Of a stretch of 64,000 nt of DNA, positions 29,432 to 39,800 are shown piece by piece (the stretch's first letter is position 1; each line of letters starts with the position of its first letter). The notes beneath the pieces were generated by a model. That model did not search any database. It had not been told where the DNA came from and saw nothing but the letters and a program-made list of their open reading frames with translations. The stretch lies in assembly GCA_963724765.1 (NCBI GenBank), contig CAVRVY010000003.1:1280001-1344000 (forward strand). Reading direction: 5' to 3'. This stretch comes from an uncultured delta proteobacterium. Lineage in GTDB: Bacteria > Desulfobacterota > Binatia > Binatales > Binataceae. The position numbers and the translations under genes were made by a program.

Positions 29432-29833
29432 TCACTCCTTCGGCAGGGCAGAGAAGTGCGCACTTACGATCTTCCAGTCCCTGCCTTTCTTGACGTAAAC
29501 CCAGGTCGAGCGGCCGCACTGCACTCGCGCGAGACCTCCGCCCTTGGGGACCGTGGTGAGACGGTCGTAAGCATTGACCACCACCGTGGTATCGCTGACC
29601 GCCCGATATGAGGACTGATGGAACGTGAAGGTGGTTGACTCCGCGCCGGCTACGGCGCTCTGCAGATACTCGAGAAACCGGCCCTTACCCTCGAACAGGT
29701 ATGCGACATGATCGAAGACCTCCACGTCGTCGTCGAGGGCATTCACGAAAGGCGCGAAATCTCCCTTGGCGGCCGCGGCAAGAACCTGTTCATTTACCTG
29801 CTGGGCTTCTTCTTTCGGCGACATTTGAATCAT
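29432..29833 (-). CDS. SnoaL/DUF4440-like NTF2 protein
   Basis: GR.TWVY.K..WKIVSAHFS; GGAG RBS. Confidence 0.8.
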   Translation of the reverse strand: MIQMSPKEEAQQVNEQVLAAAAKGDFAPFVNALDDDVEVFDHVAYLFEGKGRFLEYLQSAVAGAESTTFTFHQSSYRAVSDTTVVVNAYDRLTTVPKGGGLARVQCGRSTWVYVKKGRDWKIVSAHFSALPKE

Positions 29834-29937
29834 CTCCTTGTGTGCGAAGCTTTTGGCTGCGTCGCTGTTTTTTTTGACGACGCGGCGGCGGTGTTCGCAT
29901 CACGAGTCGAATGTCGCCATTTCGTTCGCGCCGGACA

Positions 29938-29955
29938 ATTACTTCGGAGGTAATC
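29938..29955. promoter_or_regulatory. Second copy of the XRE operator
   Basis: attacttc-g-gaggtaatc, one mismatch to the 28792 site over the aligned core. Confidence 0.65.
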
Positions 29956-30086
29956 AGGAATGTCGGACACGGGGCGAGGAGTTAACTGTCAGGCGCCGAC
30001 CCGTGAATTCAGGCGGTCGTATCGCCCGAGGGTGCAAATTTACCGTCGATGAAGTAGTCTCTGGCGCAAACTCAAGGAGAAAAGCT

Positions 30087-30380
30087 ATGAGCGTGATTGT
30101 TTTGGTCCAGGGCATTCCGCGTCCCGATCGCAAGGACGCGCTGGCGCAATACCAGCAGGCCGCTCGCGCGGTGATCGCCAAACATGGTGGCCAAGTGGTC
30201 GCGCGCGGCAGTGGCCTTGGCAGCTTTCATGGCGCGGGCAACTACCAGGTCGGAATCGTGCTTCGGTTCGCGGACAAGGCCGCGGCTGACGACTGGTACA
30301 ACGATCCCGACTATCGCAAAGTGCTGCCGCTGCGCGACGAAGCGTACGCGGCGCTGGAGATCAATATCTTTCAGGAATGA
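30087..30380 (+). CDS. DUF1330 family protein
   Basis: Y..A..KHGG..RG..VLRF..A..WY..PDY..PLR; AGGAG RBS. Confidence 0.8.
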   Translation: MSVIVLVQGIPRPDRKDALAQYQQAARAVIAKHGGQVVARGSGLGSFHGAGNYQVGIVLRFADKAAADDWYNDPDYRKVLPLRDEAYAALEINIFQE

Positions 30381-30463
30381 AGCAATCGTATTCCGGGAAT
30401 GAAGTAGCGCCGCTCTAAATAGCGGCGGGCGGGCCTGGCCCGCCCTCGCGGAGCGTCACGGAC

Positions 30464-31978
30464 TTACATTTTTTTCCAGTCGTCCGATTGTTCGAAAGCC
30501 TCCGCGGCTCGATAGATGGTCGGTTCGTCGAAGTGCCTGCCGATCAGCATCAGTCCGGCCGGAAGCCCGTCGATCATGCCGCACGGGATTGACATCGCCG
30601 GATGATGGGTCAGGTCGAACGGCGCGGTATTCCCGATCATCTCCAGCGCCCGCGTGACGTATTCCTCCCGGCTGGCGTTCGGCTTGGGTAACGGCGTGGC
30701 CTTCATCGGAGTGGTCGGCATGAGCAGCAGATCGTACTTCGCCAGGACCTCGTCATAGGCCGCGCGGAGCCGGCGCACGATATTGATCGCCTTGCCGTAG
30801 TAACGCGATCCGTAATTCTCCCGCACATAGGTGCCCCACATCAGGAACAGCTTGGTCGTTTCTGAAAGCTCATTGGCGCGTTGGCGCCATCCGCGATGGA
30901 AGTCCATCAGCGAGGTCGAATAGAGATCGTCGCGGCTCACTCCGAAACCGTCGCCGTACATCATGGTTTGGGTGAGGCCTTCGATGCCGATAGGCGTCCA
31001 GATCGCGGCGCCCGCAAGATGCATCGGAATTGAAACTTCCTCGACGCTCGCGCCCACTGCGGCCAGGCGCTTTGCGCCCGCGCGTACTTTCTCATCGACG
31101 ACGCGTTCGGAATTGGGATGGCCGAAGCCTTCCTTGACGATTGCGATCTTGAGGCCCTTCGCGCCGCGCCCCAGCGCCTGCGAGTAGGGATGCACCTGCG
31201 GCGCCCTGATTCGAGAATCGTAGCCGTCGTCGCCCGCGATGACCTCCAGCAGCAGGGCGTTATCGGCGACATTGCCCGTCATCGGCCCGGTATGGTCGAC
31301 GAAAATCTCGATCGGCATGATTCCGGTGTAAGGGACCAGTCCCCACGTCGGTTTCATCCCGTATATGCCGCAGAACGACGACGGCATGCGGATGGAGCCG
31401 CCCTGGTCGCCGCCGATCGCCATATCGACTTCGCCGGCCGCTACCAGTGCGGCGCTGCCCGAAGAAGAGCCGCCCGCCGAGTACCCCATCTTGCGCGGAT
31501 TGTGCACGGCACCGGTGGCGTTGGTATGGCTTCCGCCGGAGAGGCAGAAAGACTCGCAATGGGCTTTGCCTACGATCTCTGCGCCCGCTTCCAGGATGCG
31601 CGTGACGATAGTGGCGTCGAAGTCGGGTACATAGCCCTCCATGGTCGCCGCGCCATTCATCATCGGCACGCCCGCGAGCATGATATTGTCCTTGAGGACG
31701 ACCGTCCTGCCCTTCAGCTTTCCCTCGGGCGCGCCTTTTATGGACGACTTGTAGTACCAGGCATTGTATTTGTTCTCCTCGGGGCCGGGCCGATAGCCCG
31801 GCGTGCGCGGATACTTGACCCGCGGCACTTCGTCGGGCATCGCGCCGACGGTGTTGTACGCCTCCACGTAGGTCGTGAACAGCGCGCGAAACGAATCCAC
31901 GCTGGCGTCATCCAGCGATAGTCCGCACCGTTGCGCCACCAAGCGCAGTTGTTCCCGGGTCGGCATCTGAACGGACAT
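30464..31978 (-). CDS. Amidase (amidase signature family)
   Basis: LKDNI, GGSSSGS, GGDQGGSIRMPS. Confidence 0.93.
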   Translation of the reverse strand: MSVQMPTREQLRLVAQRCGLSLDDASVDSFRALFTTYVEAYNTVGAMPDEVPRVKYPRTPGYRPGPEENKYNAWYYKSSIKGAPEGKLKGRTVVLKDNIMLAGVPMMNGAATMEGYVPDFDATIVTRILEAGAEIVGKAHCESFCLSGGSHTNATGAVHNPRKMGYSAGGSSSGSAALVAAGEVDMAIGGDQGGSIRMPSSFCGIYGMKPTWGLVPYTGIMPIEIFVDHTGPMTGNVADNALLLEVIAGDDGYDSRIRAPQVHPYSQALGRGAKGLKIAIVKEGFGHPNSERVVDEKVRAGAKRLAAVGASVEEVSIPMHLAGAAIWTPIGIEGLTQTMMYGDGFGVSRDDLYSTSLMDFHRGWRQRANELSETTKLFLMWGTYVRENYGSRYYGKAINIVRRLRAAYDEVLAKYDLLLMPTTPMKATPLPKPNASREEYVTRALEMIGNTAPFDLTHHPAMSIPCGMIDGLPAGLMLIGRHFDEPTIYRAAEAFEQSDDWKKM

Positions 31979-32060
31979 GCGATTTACCCCCTCTCTGGTT
32001 GAACCGCTCCACCGATGGCTGAACCGCTGATGGTTTGAACCGCTTCGCTGGTGCGGTCAG

Positions 32061-33155
32061 CTAGAAAAACTTGATCACGCTGCGCGACACCTCACCCTTT
32101 TGCAGCAGGTCGTAGGCCTCGTTGACGCCTTCGAGCGGGAAGGTGCGCGAGACCAGTTCGTCGATTTTGATCTTTTTGTCCATGTAGAGGTCGATCAAAA
32201 GCGGCATGTCGATTCGCGGCCGGGCCGATCCGTAGAACGAACCGATCAGCCGCTTTTCCGTCATCGTGAAGACGTTGGGGTTGAGCGAAATGCGCGCGGT
32301 CTCGGGCGACACTCCAACGATGGTGCAGGTGCCGCCGCGTCCGGTCATCCGAAACGCCAGTTCGATCGTTTTGGCCGTGCTGATTACTTCGAAGGCGTAG
32401 TCAACGCCGCGCCCCTGGGTCAGCGTCATCACTGCCTTGTAGGCGTCGTCCTGCGACGGATTGACCACGTGCGTTGCGCCGAATACTTTTGCCAACTCGA
32501 GCTTGTTCGGCAGCAGGTCGATCGCGATGATGTCGTGCGCGCCGGCCAGCGCCGCGCCCTGGATCACGTTGAGTCCCACGCCGCCGCAGCCGATTACCGC
32601 GACGCTCGCGCCCGGCCGCACCTTGGCCGTGTTAATCGCCGCGCCAATCCCGGTCATCGTACCGCAGCCGACGAAGCATGCGCGATCGAGCGGGACGTCG
32701 TCGCGAATTTTGATCGCGCAACTATCCGGCACCACCGCCTCCTCGGCGAAGGTCGAGGCATAGGCGAAATGAAAAACCTCGGTGCCGTTTTTGCTCAGGC
32801 GAGTGGTGCCGTCCAGCAGCGTGCCGAGCCCCTTGGGCCGCGTTTCGCACAGGTTCACCTGTCCCTGCGTGCAGTAACGGCAGTGGCCGCACACGGGTGA
32901 AAAAGTCAGCACCACGTGGTCGCCCTCTTTTACCGAGGCGACGCCCGCACCGGTTTCGATCACGATTCCCGCCCCCTCATGGCCCAGCACCAGCGGCAGC
33001 GGCATCCGCATGTCGCCAGTCATGACGTGGAGGTCGCTATGGCAGGCGCCGTTGGCGGCGACCTTTACCCGCACCTCGCCGGCCTTTGGGGGAGCGAGCT
33101 TGAGGTCTTCGATGACCAGGGGCTTGTGCGGTTCATATAACACGGCGGCTTTCAT
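32061..33155 (-). CDS. Zn-dependent alcohol dehydrogenase
   Basis: CHSD, GHEGAG, CGHCRYC..C, GCGGVG. Confidence 0.93.
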   Translation of the reverse strand: MKAAVLYEPHKPLVIEDLKLAPPKAGEVRVKVAANGACHSDLHVMTGDMRMPLPLVLGHEGAGIVIETGAGVASVKEGDHVVLTFSPVCGHCRYCTQGQVNLCETRPKGLGTLLDGTTRLSKNGTEVFHFAYASTFAEEAVVPDSCAIKIRDDVPLDRACFVGCGTMTGIGAAINTAKVRPGASVAVIGCGGVGLNVIQGAALAGAHDIIAIDLLPNKLELAKVFGATHVVNPSQDDAYKAVMTLTQGRGVDYAFEVISTAKTIELAFRMTGRGGTCTIVGVSPETARISLNPNVFTMTEKRLIGSFYGSARPRIDMPLLIDLYMDKKIKIDELVSRTFPLEGVNEAYDLLQKGEVSRSVIKFF

Positions 33156-33414
33156 GGGCGCTTTCCTCCAGGTTTGATGATTTCTCAGGGTGGACGTGCG
33201 TAACTTAGAAGGCAGGCCGCGCAGGTGTCAAACCAGCGGCTCCGCCGTCAGCCCCGCGCGCTTCGGCAGCCCGCGAGAAAGCTGAGCGCGTTGCCGAAGC
33301 GAAGGGCGGAACCGACGATGGGCCATTGCAGAGTTGCAACACGGTCGGCGTTGGGCGAGCAGCCCGGCGGCTAAAATTCTCGGATAATTGGTCGGTTTCC
33401 CGGCGGGGCGCTAC

Positions 33415-33430
33415 TGGCACATTAAGTGCT
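33415..33430 (+). promoter_or_regulatory. Probable sigma54 (-24/-12) promoter
   Basis: TGGCAC-ATTAA-GTGCT; GG-N10-GC spacing matches the TGGCAC-N5-TTGCW consensus with one mismatch. Confidence 0.55.
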
Positions 33431-33586
33431 GACTCATTTATACGCTTGCTTTATCGATGGCCATCCATCGTCCAGTCCAATGAACTACAACGCATTAACC
33501 TCCGATCTTCCCCCGGCGACGCAAATGTTCTCCGACATTGGCATCGCCGGGGGCTCCCGCCTGAGTTCTTTGGGCCGTAACGTACG

Positions 33587-33778
33587 ATGAACCAGTCAGC
33601 CACCGCTTTGCGGCTCGCCATAAGGCAGCCGCTTTTTCAACTCCACGCCCAGCGGAAGTGCCGGGCCTGCGGACATCAGGTGGGCGAGCACGTCGGCTTC
33701 CCTGACGCCGCGCTCGCCAAGCAGCTAACCCGGATCCACGGCGGCTGCCTCGATTGCGAAACCTGCGGCGACGAATAG
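33587..33778 (+). CDS. Small Cys/His-rich putative zinc-binding protein
   Basis: CRACGHQVGEH..GCLDCETC in 63 aa. Confidence 0.55.
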   Translation: MNQSATALRLAIRQPLFQLHAQRKCRACGHQVGEHVGFPDAALAKQLTRIHGGCLDCETCGDE

Positions 33779-33879
33779 CCCCCCTCTCTGTTCAACGCGG
33801 GCACCGGTCCCGGTCCAGCCCTCGAGAATTTATTGTCCGGACATTTCGATCGCCTAATGCGCCCGGTTACGTCGCTCGG

Positions 33880-34641
33880 TTACTGCGCAAGATAGGCGCC
33901 GTCGATAGGCATCGGCACGCCGCTGACGAACGACGACGCGTCGGTGGATAGCCACAGCACCGCCTCGGCTATTTCTTCGGCCTTCCCGAGCCGGTTGATC
34001 GGATGAGTCTGGATGACGGCCTTTTCATCGAAGCTCCCGCGATCCATAACTCGCGCGACCATCGGCGTGCGGATGAATCCCGGGCAGACGGCGTTCACCC
34101 GGATTCCCTGACTCGAAAACTCCAGCGCCGCAGTCTTGGTCAAGCCGGCGACTCCATGCTTGGCCGCGGTGTAGGCCGACGTGTTGGCGATTCCAACCAG
34201 GCCGCAAATCGATGAAGTATTGACGATCGTGCCGCCACCGCCCTTGAGCATCTCGGGAATTTCATACTTCATGCAGTAAAAGACGCCGCTTAAGTTGATC
34301 GCGATCACGCGCTGCCAATTCTCGAGCGAACACTCGGGTGTGGACGAGAACTCTCCCTCGATTCCGGCGTTGTTGAACGCGCAATCGAGCCTGCCGTAGT
34401 GCTCGACCGTCTTTTTCACCAGCGCCTCGACTTCCTTGTGATTCGCGACATCGGCGGCGTGAAAGATCGCATCGCCGCCAGCCTCCTTGACCGCTCGCAA
34501 GGTGCGCTCGCCACCTTCGACGTTGTAGTCGGCGATGACCACCCGGGAGCCTTCGCTTGCGAAGAGCAGCGCGGTTGCGCGTCCAATACCCGAACCACCC
34601 CCGGTGATCAGAGCTACTTTACCTTTTACGCGATCGCCCAT
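33880..34641 (-). CDS. Short-chain dehydrogenase/reductase
   Basis: TGGGSGIG, FNNAG, YTAAK; GGAGG RBS. Confidence 0.93.
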   Translation of the reverse strand: MGDRVKGKVALITGGGSGIGRATALLFASEGSRVVIADYNVEGGERTLRAVKEAGGDAIFHAADVANHKEVEALVKKTVEHYGRLDCAFNNAGIEGEFSSTPECSLENWQRVIAINLSGVFYCMKYEIPEMLKGGGGTIVNTSSICGLVGIANTSAYTAAKHGVAGLTKTAALEFSSQGIRVNAVCPGFIRTPMVARVMDRGSFDEKAVIQTHPINRLGKAEEIAEAVLWLSTDASSFVSGVPMPIDGAYLAQ

Positions 34642-34816
34642 GACGATCCTCCTTTGCGAACCGCCTGGCGGTCGCGCGTTGTGACTCCTAACTGCATAGC
34701 AAAAGCTCCTGATATTTCCACAATGGCGCACAGGGGTGAGGAGTCGAACTTTCGCGATTCCCGATGGCTTGGCCGGCCTGCGAGCGCGATGCTGGACTGA
34801 CCGGTTTGATTTGAAC

Positions 34817-34846
34817 TTGAACGATAACTGACGAGTCAGTTATCAT
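34817..34846 (+). promoter_or_regulatory. tetR promoter containing a palindromic operator
   Basis: TTGAAC-N18-TATCAT; gataactgac-ga-gtcagttatc at 34823-34844; ATG 5 nt after the -10. Confidence 0.75.
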
Positions 34847-34851
34847 TAACG

Positions 34852-35526
34852 ATGGCACGAGTGTCGGCAGCCAAACACGACGAGTTCGCACAGGCGCGCC
34901 GCGATACCATCCTGAACGCCGCCCTGCGGGTTTTCGCGCAAGAAGGTTTCGCCGAAGCGAAAATGGATCAGGTCGCGGCGGCGGCCGACCTGTCGAAAGC
35001 TGCACTGTACCTGTACTTTCCGTCCAAGGACTCCCTGCTGCAGAACCTCCTCAAGCAATATGCGTTGCTGCCCGAATTGCCGGGAATGGTGGCCTCGCTT
35101 AGAGACACGCCGCCGGGACTCGGGATTCCCAGATTGATTGCTGAAGCCTGGCGCCGGCTGCGGGAGCGCAAGGAACTGGCGCGCGTAATCGTACGCGAAA
35201 TTCAGAGCCATCCCGAACGCGCGAAGCTGTTCTCGGAGCAGGTAGGCCTGCCGGCCTACCGATCGGTCGCAGGTTATCTCGACCACTGGATGAAACGCGG
35301 AGAATTGAGACGCCAGGACGCGTTTGCGGCGGCGCAGTGCCTGTTGGGAATGCTGTGGTTCTTTCTCCTGACCCAGGAACTGATGGGGGGCAAGGAACTC
35401 CATCCATTGTCGGACGAAACGGTCGTTACTACGGTGGCGCGGATGTTTCTCGACGGTGCCGGAAACAATAAGAAGCGCTCTCGGTCAAGCGTGACAGCCG
35501 GCGGCGGCCGGCATCAAGGAGCGTAG
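34852..35526 (+). CDS. TetR/AcrR-family regulator
   Basis: [32 protein letters not shown]. Confidence 0.92.
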   Translation: MARVSAAKHDEFAQARRDTILNAALRVFAQEGFAEAKMDQVAAAADLSKAALYLYFPSKDSLLQNLLKQYALLPELPGMVASLRDTPPGLGIPRLIAEAWRRLRERKELARVIVREIQSHPERAKLFSEQVGLPAYRSVAGYLDHWMKRGELRRQDAFAAAQCLLGMLWFFLLTQELMGGKELHPLSDETVVTTVARMFLDGAGNNKKRSRSSVTAGGGRHQGA

Positions 35527-35573
35527 GCTCGCAGCCATACGCAAAGAACCGTTTGGCGATCACAGGAAGTCGG

Positions 35574-36840
35574 ATGAAGCGCATCGCGTTGCGTCGCTTT
35601 CGATGGGCGGCGGCCGTCGTGATAGTGGCGGCCCTTCTTCCAGGCTGCAAACCGGTGACCGCAAAGCCGCAGCCGCCGCCGCCGACCGTCACGGTAAGCC
35701 AGCCGCTCCAGCGGGAGGTGGTCCGTTGGGATGAATACAGCGGATATCTCTCATCCCCCAAAACGGTCATCGTTAACGCGCGGGTCAGCGGACTGATCGA
35801 AGAGGCGCCTTTCCAGGAGGGGTCGATTGTCCACGCGGGCGACCTGCTGTTCAAAATTGACCCGCGCCCATTCCAGGCTGATCTCGACAACAAGCAAGCC
35901 GCGGTGGCGCAGGCCAAGGCGACGGCGGAAAAAGCCAAGGCTGACTTCAACCGGTCCGTCCAGCTCCTCAAGGCTCAGGTGATAGCGCGGGCGGATTACG
36001 ACAGCACCAAGGCATCCTTCGGGGAAGCGGACGCATCACTGAAAGCGGCGCGAGGCGGCCCTGGAGACCTCCCGCCTCAATCTGGAGTGGACCGAAGTGA
36101 GGGCTCCGATCACCGGTCGGATCAGCCGGATGAATGTGACGGTAGGGAACCTGGTCAACGGCGGCTCCGGACAGGCCACGGCCCTGACCACGATCGTCTC
36201 GATCGATCCGATTTACTGCTACCTTAACGTCCCCGAAAGTGTGGCGCTGCGCTACCAGGAGCTGGCCCTTCAGCAAAAGCAGTCCAACGTCGCCGGAGCG
36301 AAGGTGCCCGCTTTCCTGCAACTGGAAAATGAGACGACTTTCCGCCAACAGGGCGTGATCGACTTTGTCGACAACCAGGTGGACGTGAACACCGGAACGG
36401 TGCAGATCCGCGCGGTCTTCGCCAACCCGACAACGTTGCTAACGCCCGGAGTCTTCGCTCGCGTGCGCATCCCGTCCAGTGGCCGCTACCAGGCGCTGCT
36501 GATTCCGGATGAGGCGGTGAACGCCGACCAGAACGAGCGATATCTCCTGATCGTTGGAGCCGGCAACGTGACGCAGCGACAGACGGTCAAGCTGGGCGCG
36601 CTATTCGGCAGCCTGCGATCGATCACCGACGGCCTCAAAGCGGGGGAGTGGGTGATCGTCAGCGGAATGCAGTCGGCGCCGCCTGGCGCCAAGGTCAACC
36701 CGCGCCAGGCGCCGATTTCCGCTCAATCATTGGACGAACTGGAAAGCATGACGGCCGAGCTTCCGGTCAGCCAGACGCTGCCTGACGTGCGGACTGCGGC
36801 GGAGCGCCATTCGCAGCCGTCGGCGGAGGCAGGCCCGTGA
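35574..36840 (+). pseudogene. RND efflux periplasmic adaptor (lipoprotein), frameshifted at ~36050
   Basis: Lipobox LPGC, ARVSG, LFKIDPRPF; an extra base in gcggcgcgag shifts to EAALETSRLNLEWTEVRAPITGRI. Confidence 0.85.
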
Positions 36841-39800
36841 GCATAGCCCATTTCTTTATAGACCGCCCGGTCTTTGCGATCGTAATTTCGATCGTCGCGC
36901 TCATCGCCGGGTCGATCGCGGCGTTCACGCTCCCGATCACCCAATATCCGGAGATCGCACCGCCCACCGTCACCGTCAGCGCCACCTACCCGGGCGCGAA
37001 CGCAGAAACCGTCGCCAAGACCGTCGCTACGCCGATCGAAGAACAGGTCAACGGCGTCGAGAACATGCTCTATATGTCGAGCCAGTCCACCAACACCGGA
37101 AATCTGAATCTGACGGTGACGTTCAAGGTGGGCACGAATCTCGACATGGCCGAGGTGCAGGTACAGAACCGGGTGGCCGTAGCCCTGCCGCAGCTCCCGC
37201 CGGAGGTGCAACTGCAGGGAGTCACCGTGAAGAAGGCGTCGCCGAACATCACGCTGGCAATTGCGTTCTACTCGCCCGACGGATCGCACAACGCGCTGTT
37301 TATCAGCAACTACGTGACGCTCGAAGTCAAGGATGAGATTGCCCGGCTGCCGGGCGTGGGAGACCTCACGGTCTTCGGAGCGCGCGACTATGCGATGCGG
37401 CTGTGGCTCGATCCCGACCAGCTGGCGGTGCGAAACATGACCGCGGGCGACGTGGTCAACGCGGTCGAAGAGCAAAACGTGCAGGTGGCGGCGGGGATCA
37501 TCGGCGGCCCGCCGCTCCCCGAACAGAGCGGCGCTTTCCAATACACCGTAAGTGCGCAGGGCCGGCTCACCGACCCGGCCCAGTTCGGCGACATCGTCGT
37601 CAAGGTGGGCAGCGACGGCCGCATCACCCGGCTGAAAGACGTGAGCCGCGTTGAACTGGGCGCCGCCGACTATAGCACCACCAATTACTACGACGGGCAT
37701 CCTGCCGTCGCATTGGCCGTCTTCCAGTTGCCGGGCACCAACGCGATCAGCACTGCCAATGTGATCTATGCCAAGATGGAGCAGCTCAAAAAGCGCTTCC
37801 CTCCCGGCCTGGATTACGCCATCGCCCACGACACCACGCCGTTCGTCCGCGAAAGCATCAAGGATCTGGTCAAAACGCTGCTGATCGCCGTCGGTCTGGT
37901 GGCGCTGGTGGTGCTCGTGTTCCTGCAGAGCTGGCGGGCTTCGCTGATCCCGATCCTGGCGATTCCGGTCTCGCTGGTCGGCACCTTCGCGGTGATGTGG
38001 CTGGTTGGATTCTCGTTGAACATGCTGTCGCTGTTCGGGCTGGTGTTGGCCATCGGCATCGTCGTGGACGACGCGATCGTCGTGGTCGAGAACGTACAGC
38101 GTTGGATTGAGGAAGGCCTCAGCCCGCGCGACGCGGCGTTCCGTGCGATGGACGAGGTTACGCCGGCCGTCATCGCCATTGCGTTCGGCCTTTCCGCCGT
38201 TTTCATCCCGGTCGCCTTCATTCCAGGTATCACTGGCCGGTTCTACCAGCAGTTTGCGCTGACGATCGCGTTCTCGACCCTCCTCTCCGCTTTCAACTCG
38301 CTGACTCTCAGTCCGGCGCTTTCGGCGCTGCTGCTCAGGCCCCACGGCGCCAAACAAGACTGGCTCACGAGGGTGTTCGACTTCACGCTCGGATGGTTTT
38401 TTCGGCTGTTCAATGAAGGCTTCGATCTGACTAATCGATGGTACATCAAATCGCTCCACTATGTGCTCCGCTACGCCGTCATCACGCTGATTGTCTACGC
38501 CGGGCTGGTTTATCTGGCCTACGGGGTGTTCAAGGTCGTCCCCACCGGGTTCATTCCGACCCAGGACCAGGGATATCTGCTGGTGAATGTGCAGATGCCT
38601 GACGCCTCGTCGATCGATCGGACCGACGCGACGATAAGACAACTCGCGGACGTGGGGATGAAGACCAGGGGGATTTCGGACGTGTTCGGGGTTTCCGGGT
38701 TCTCCATTCTGACCCGCTCCAACTCATCTGCGGCTGGGCTGATATTCCTGCACTTCACGCCGTTCAGTCAGCGCGCGGGCAAGGCCGACATGACCGCCGA
38801 CGCCATCGCGAACCGCCTCAGGAAAGCATACAGCAAGGTGGAAGGAGGCCAGGCGATGGTGCTGCTTCCGCCGCCGGTCAATGGGATTGGCAACGCCGGT
38901 GGGTTCACGATGCAGGTTGAAGATCGTTCGGGCACCGCGTCGCCCCAGGAGCTCGAGCAGGCGACTCAACACCTGATCGAGGCCGCGCGTAGCCGCCCTG
39001 AGTTGAGCATGCTCTTCTCCACCTTCCACGCCAGCGTCCCGCAGATATACATCAACGTGGATCGCGTCAAAGCTAAGCAGGAGAACGTGTCGGTCACGGA
39101 CATTTTCCAGGCGCTGCAGGTGTATCTGGGCGGACTCTATATCAACGATTTCAATTATCTCGGTCGCACGTGGCACGTGATGGCGCAGTCCGACGCCCCG
39201 TTTCGCGCCACCGTGGCACAGGTCTCCCGCCTAAAGACGCGCAACGCCGCGGGCCAGATGGTACCGCTGGGCGCAGTATCCGAACTGAAGGACATCGTCG
39301 GTCCGGACCGGATCCAGAGATACGATCTGTACAGCTCTGCCGACATTATCGGTGCCGCCGCAGCCGGCTACAGCAGTGGACAGGCCCTGGCCGCGATGGA
39401 GGAAGTTGCCGATGAGGAGCTTCCCAAGCAGTACAGCTACGAGTGGACGGATCTGGCTTTCCAGGAGAAGGCCGCCAGCGGTCTGGCGTTCCTCGTATTT
39501 CCGCTGTGCGTGCTGTTCGTATGGCTCACGCACTCGGCGGAATACGAAAGCTTCGCGCTCTCGACGGCGATCATCCTGATCGTCCCGATGTGCCTGCTGT
39601 GCGGCATCGCTGCCATCTGGGTCCGGCACATGGACAACAACATCTTTACTCAGATCGGTTTCGTTGTGCTGGCGGGTATGAGCGTGAAAAACGCCGTGCT
39701 GATCGTCGAGTTCGCCAAGCAGGAGCAGGAACACCAACCCGGCATGAAAGCGGCGGATGCCGCCGTTGAAGCCGCCCGTCTGCGCCTGCGGCCGATCCTC

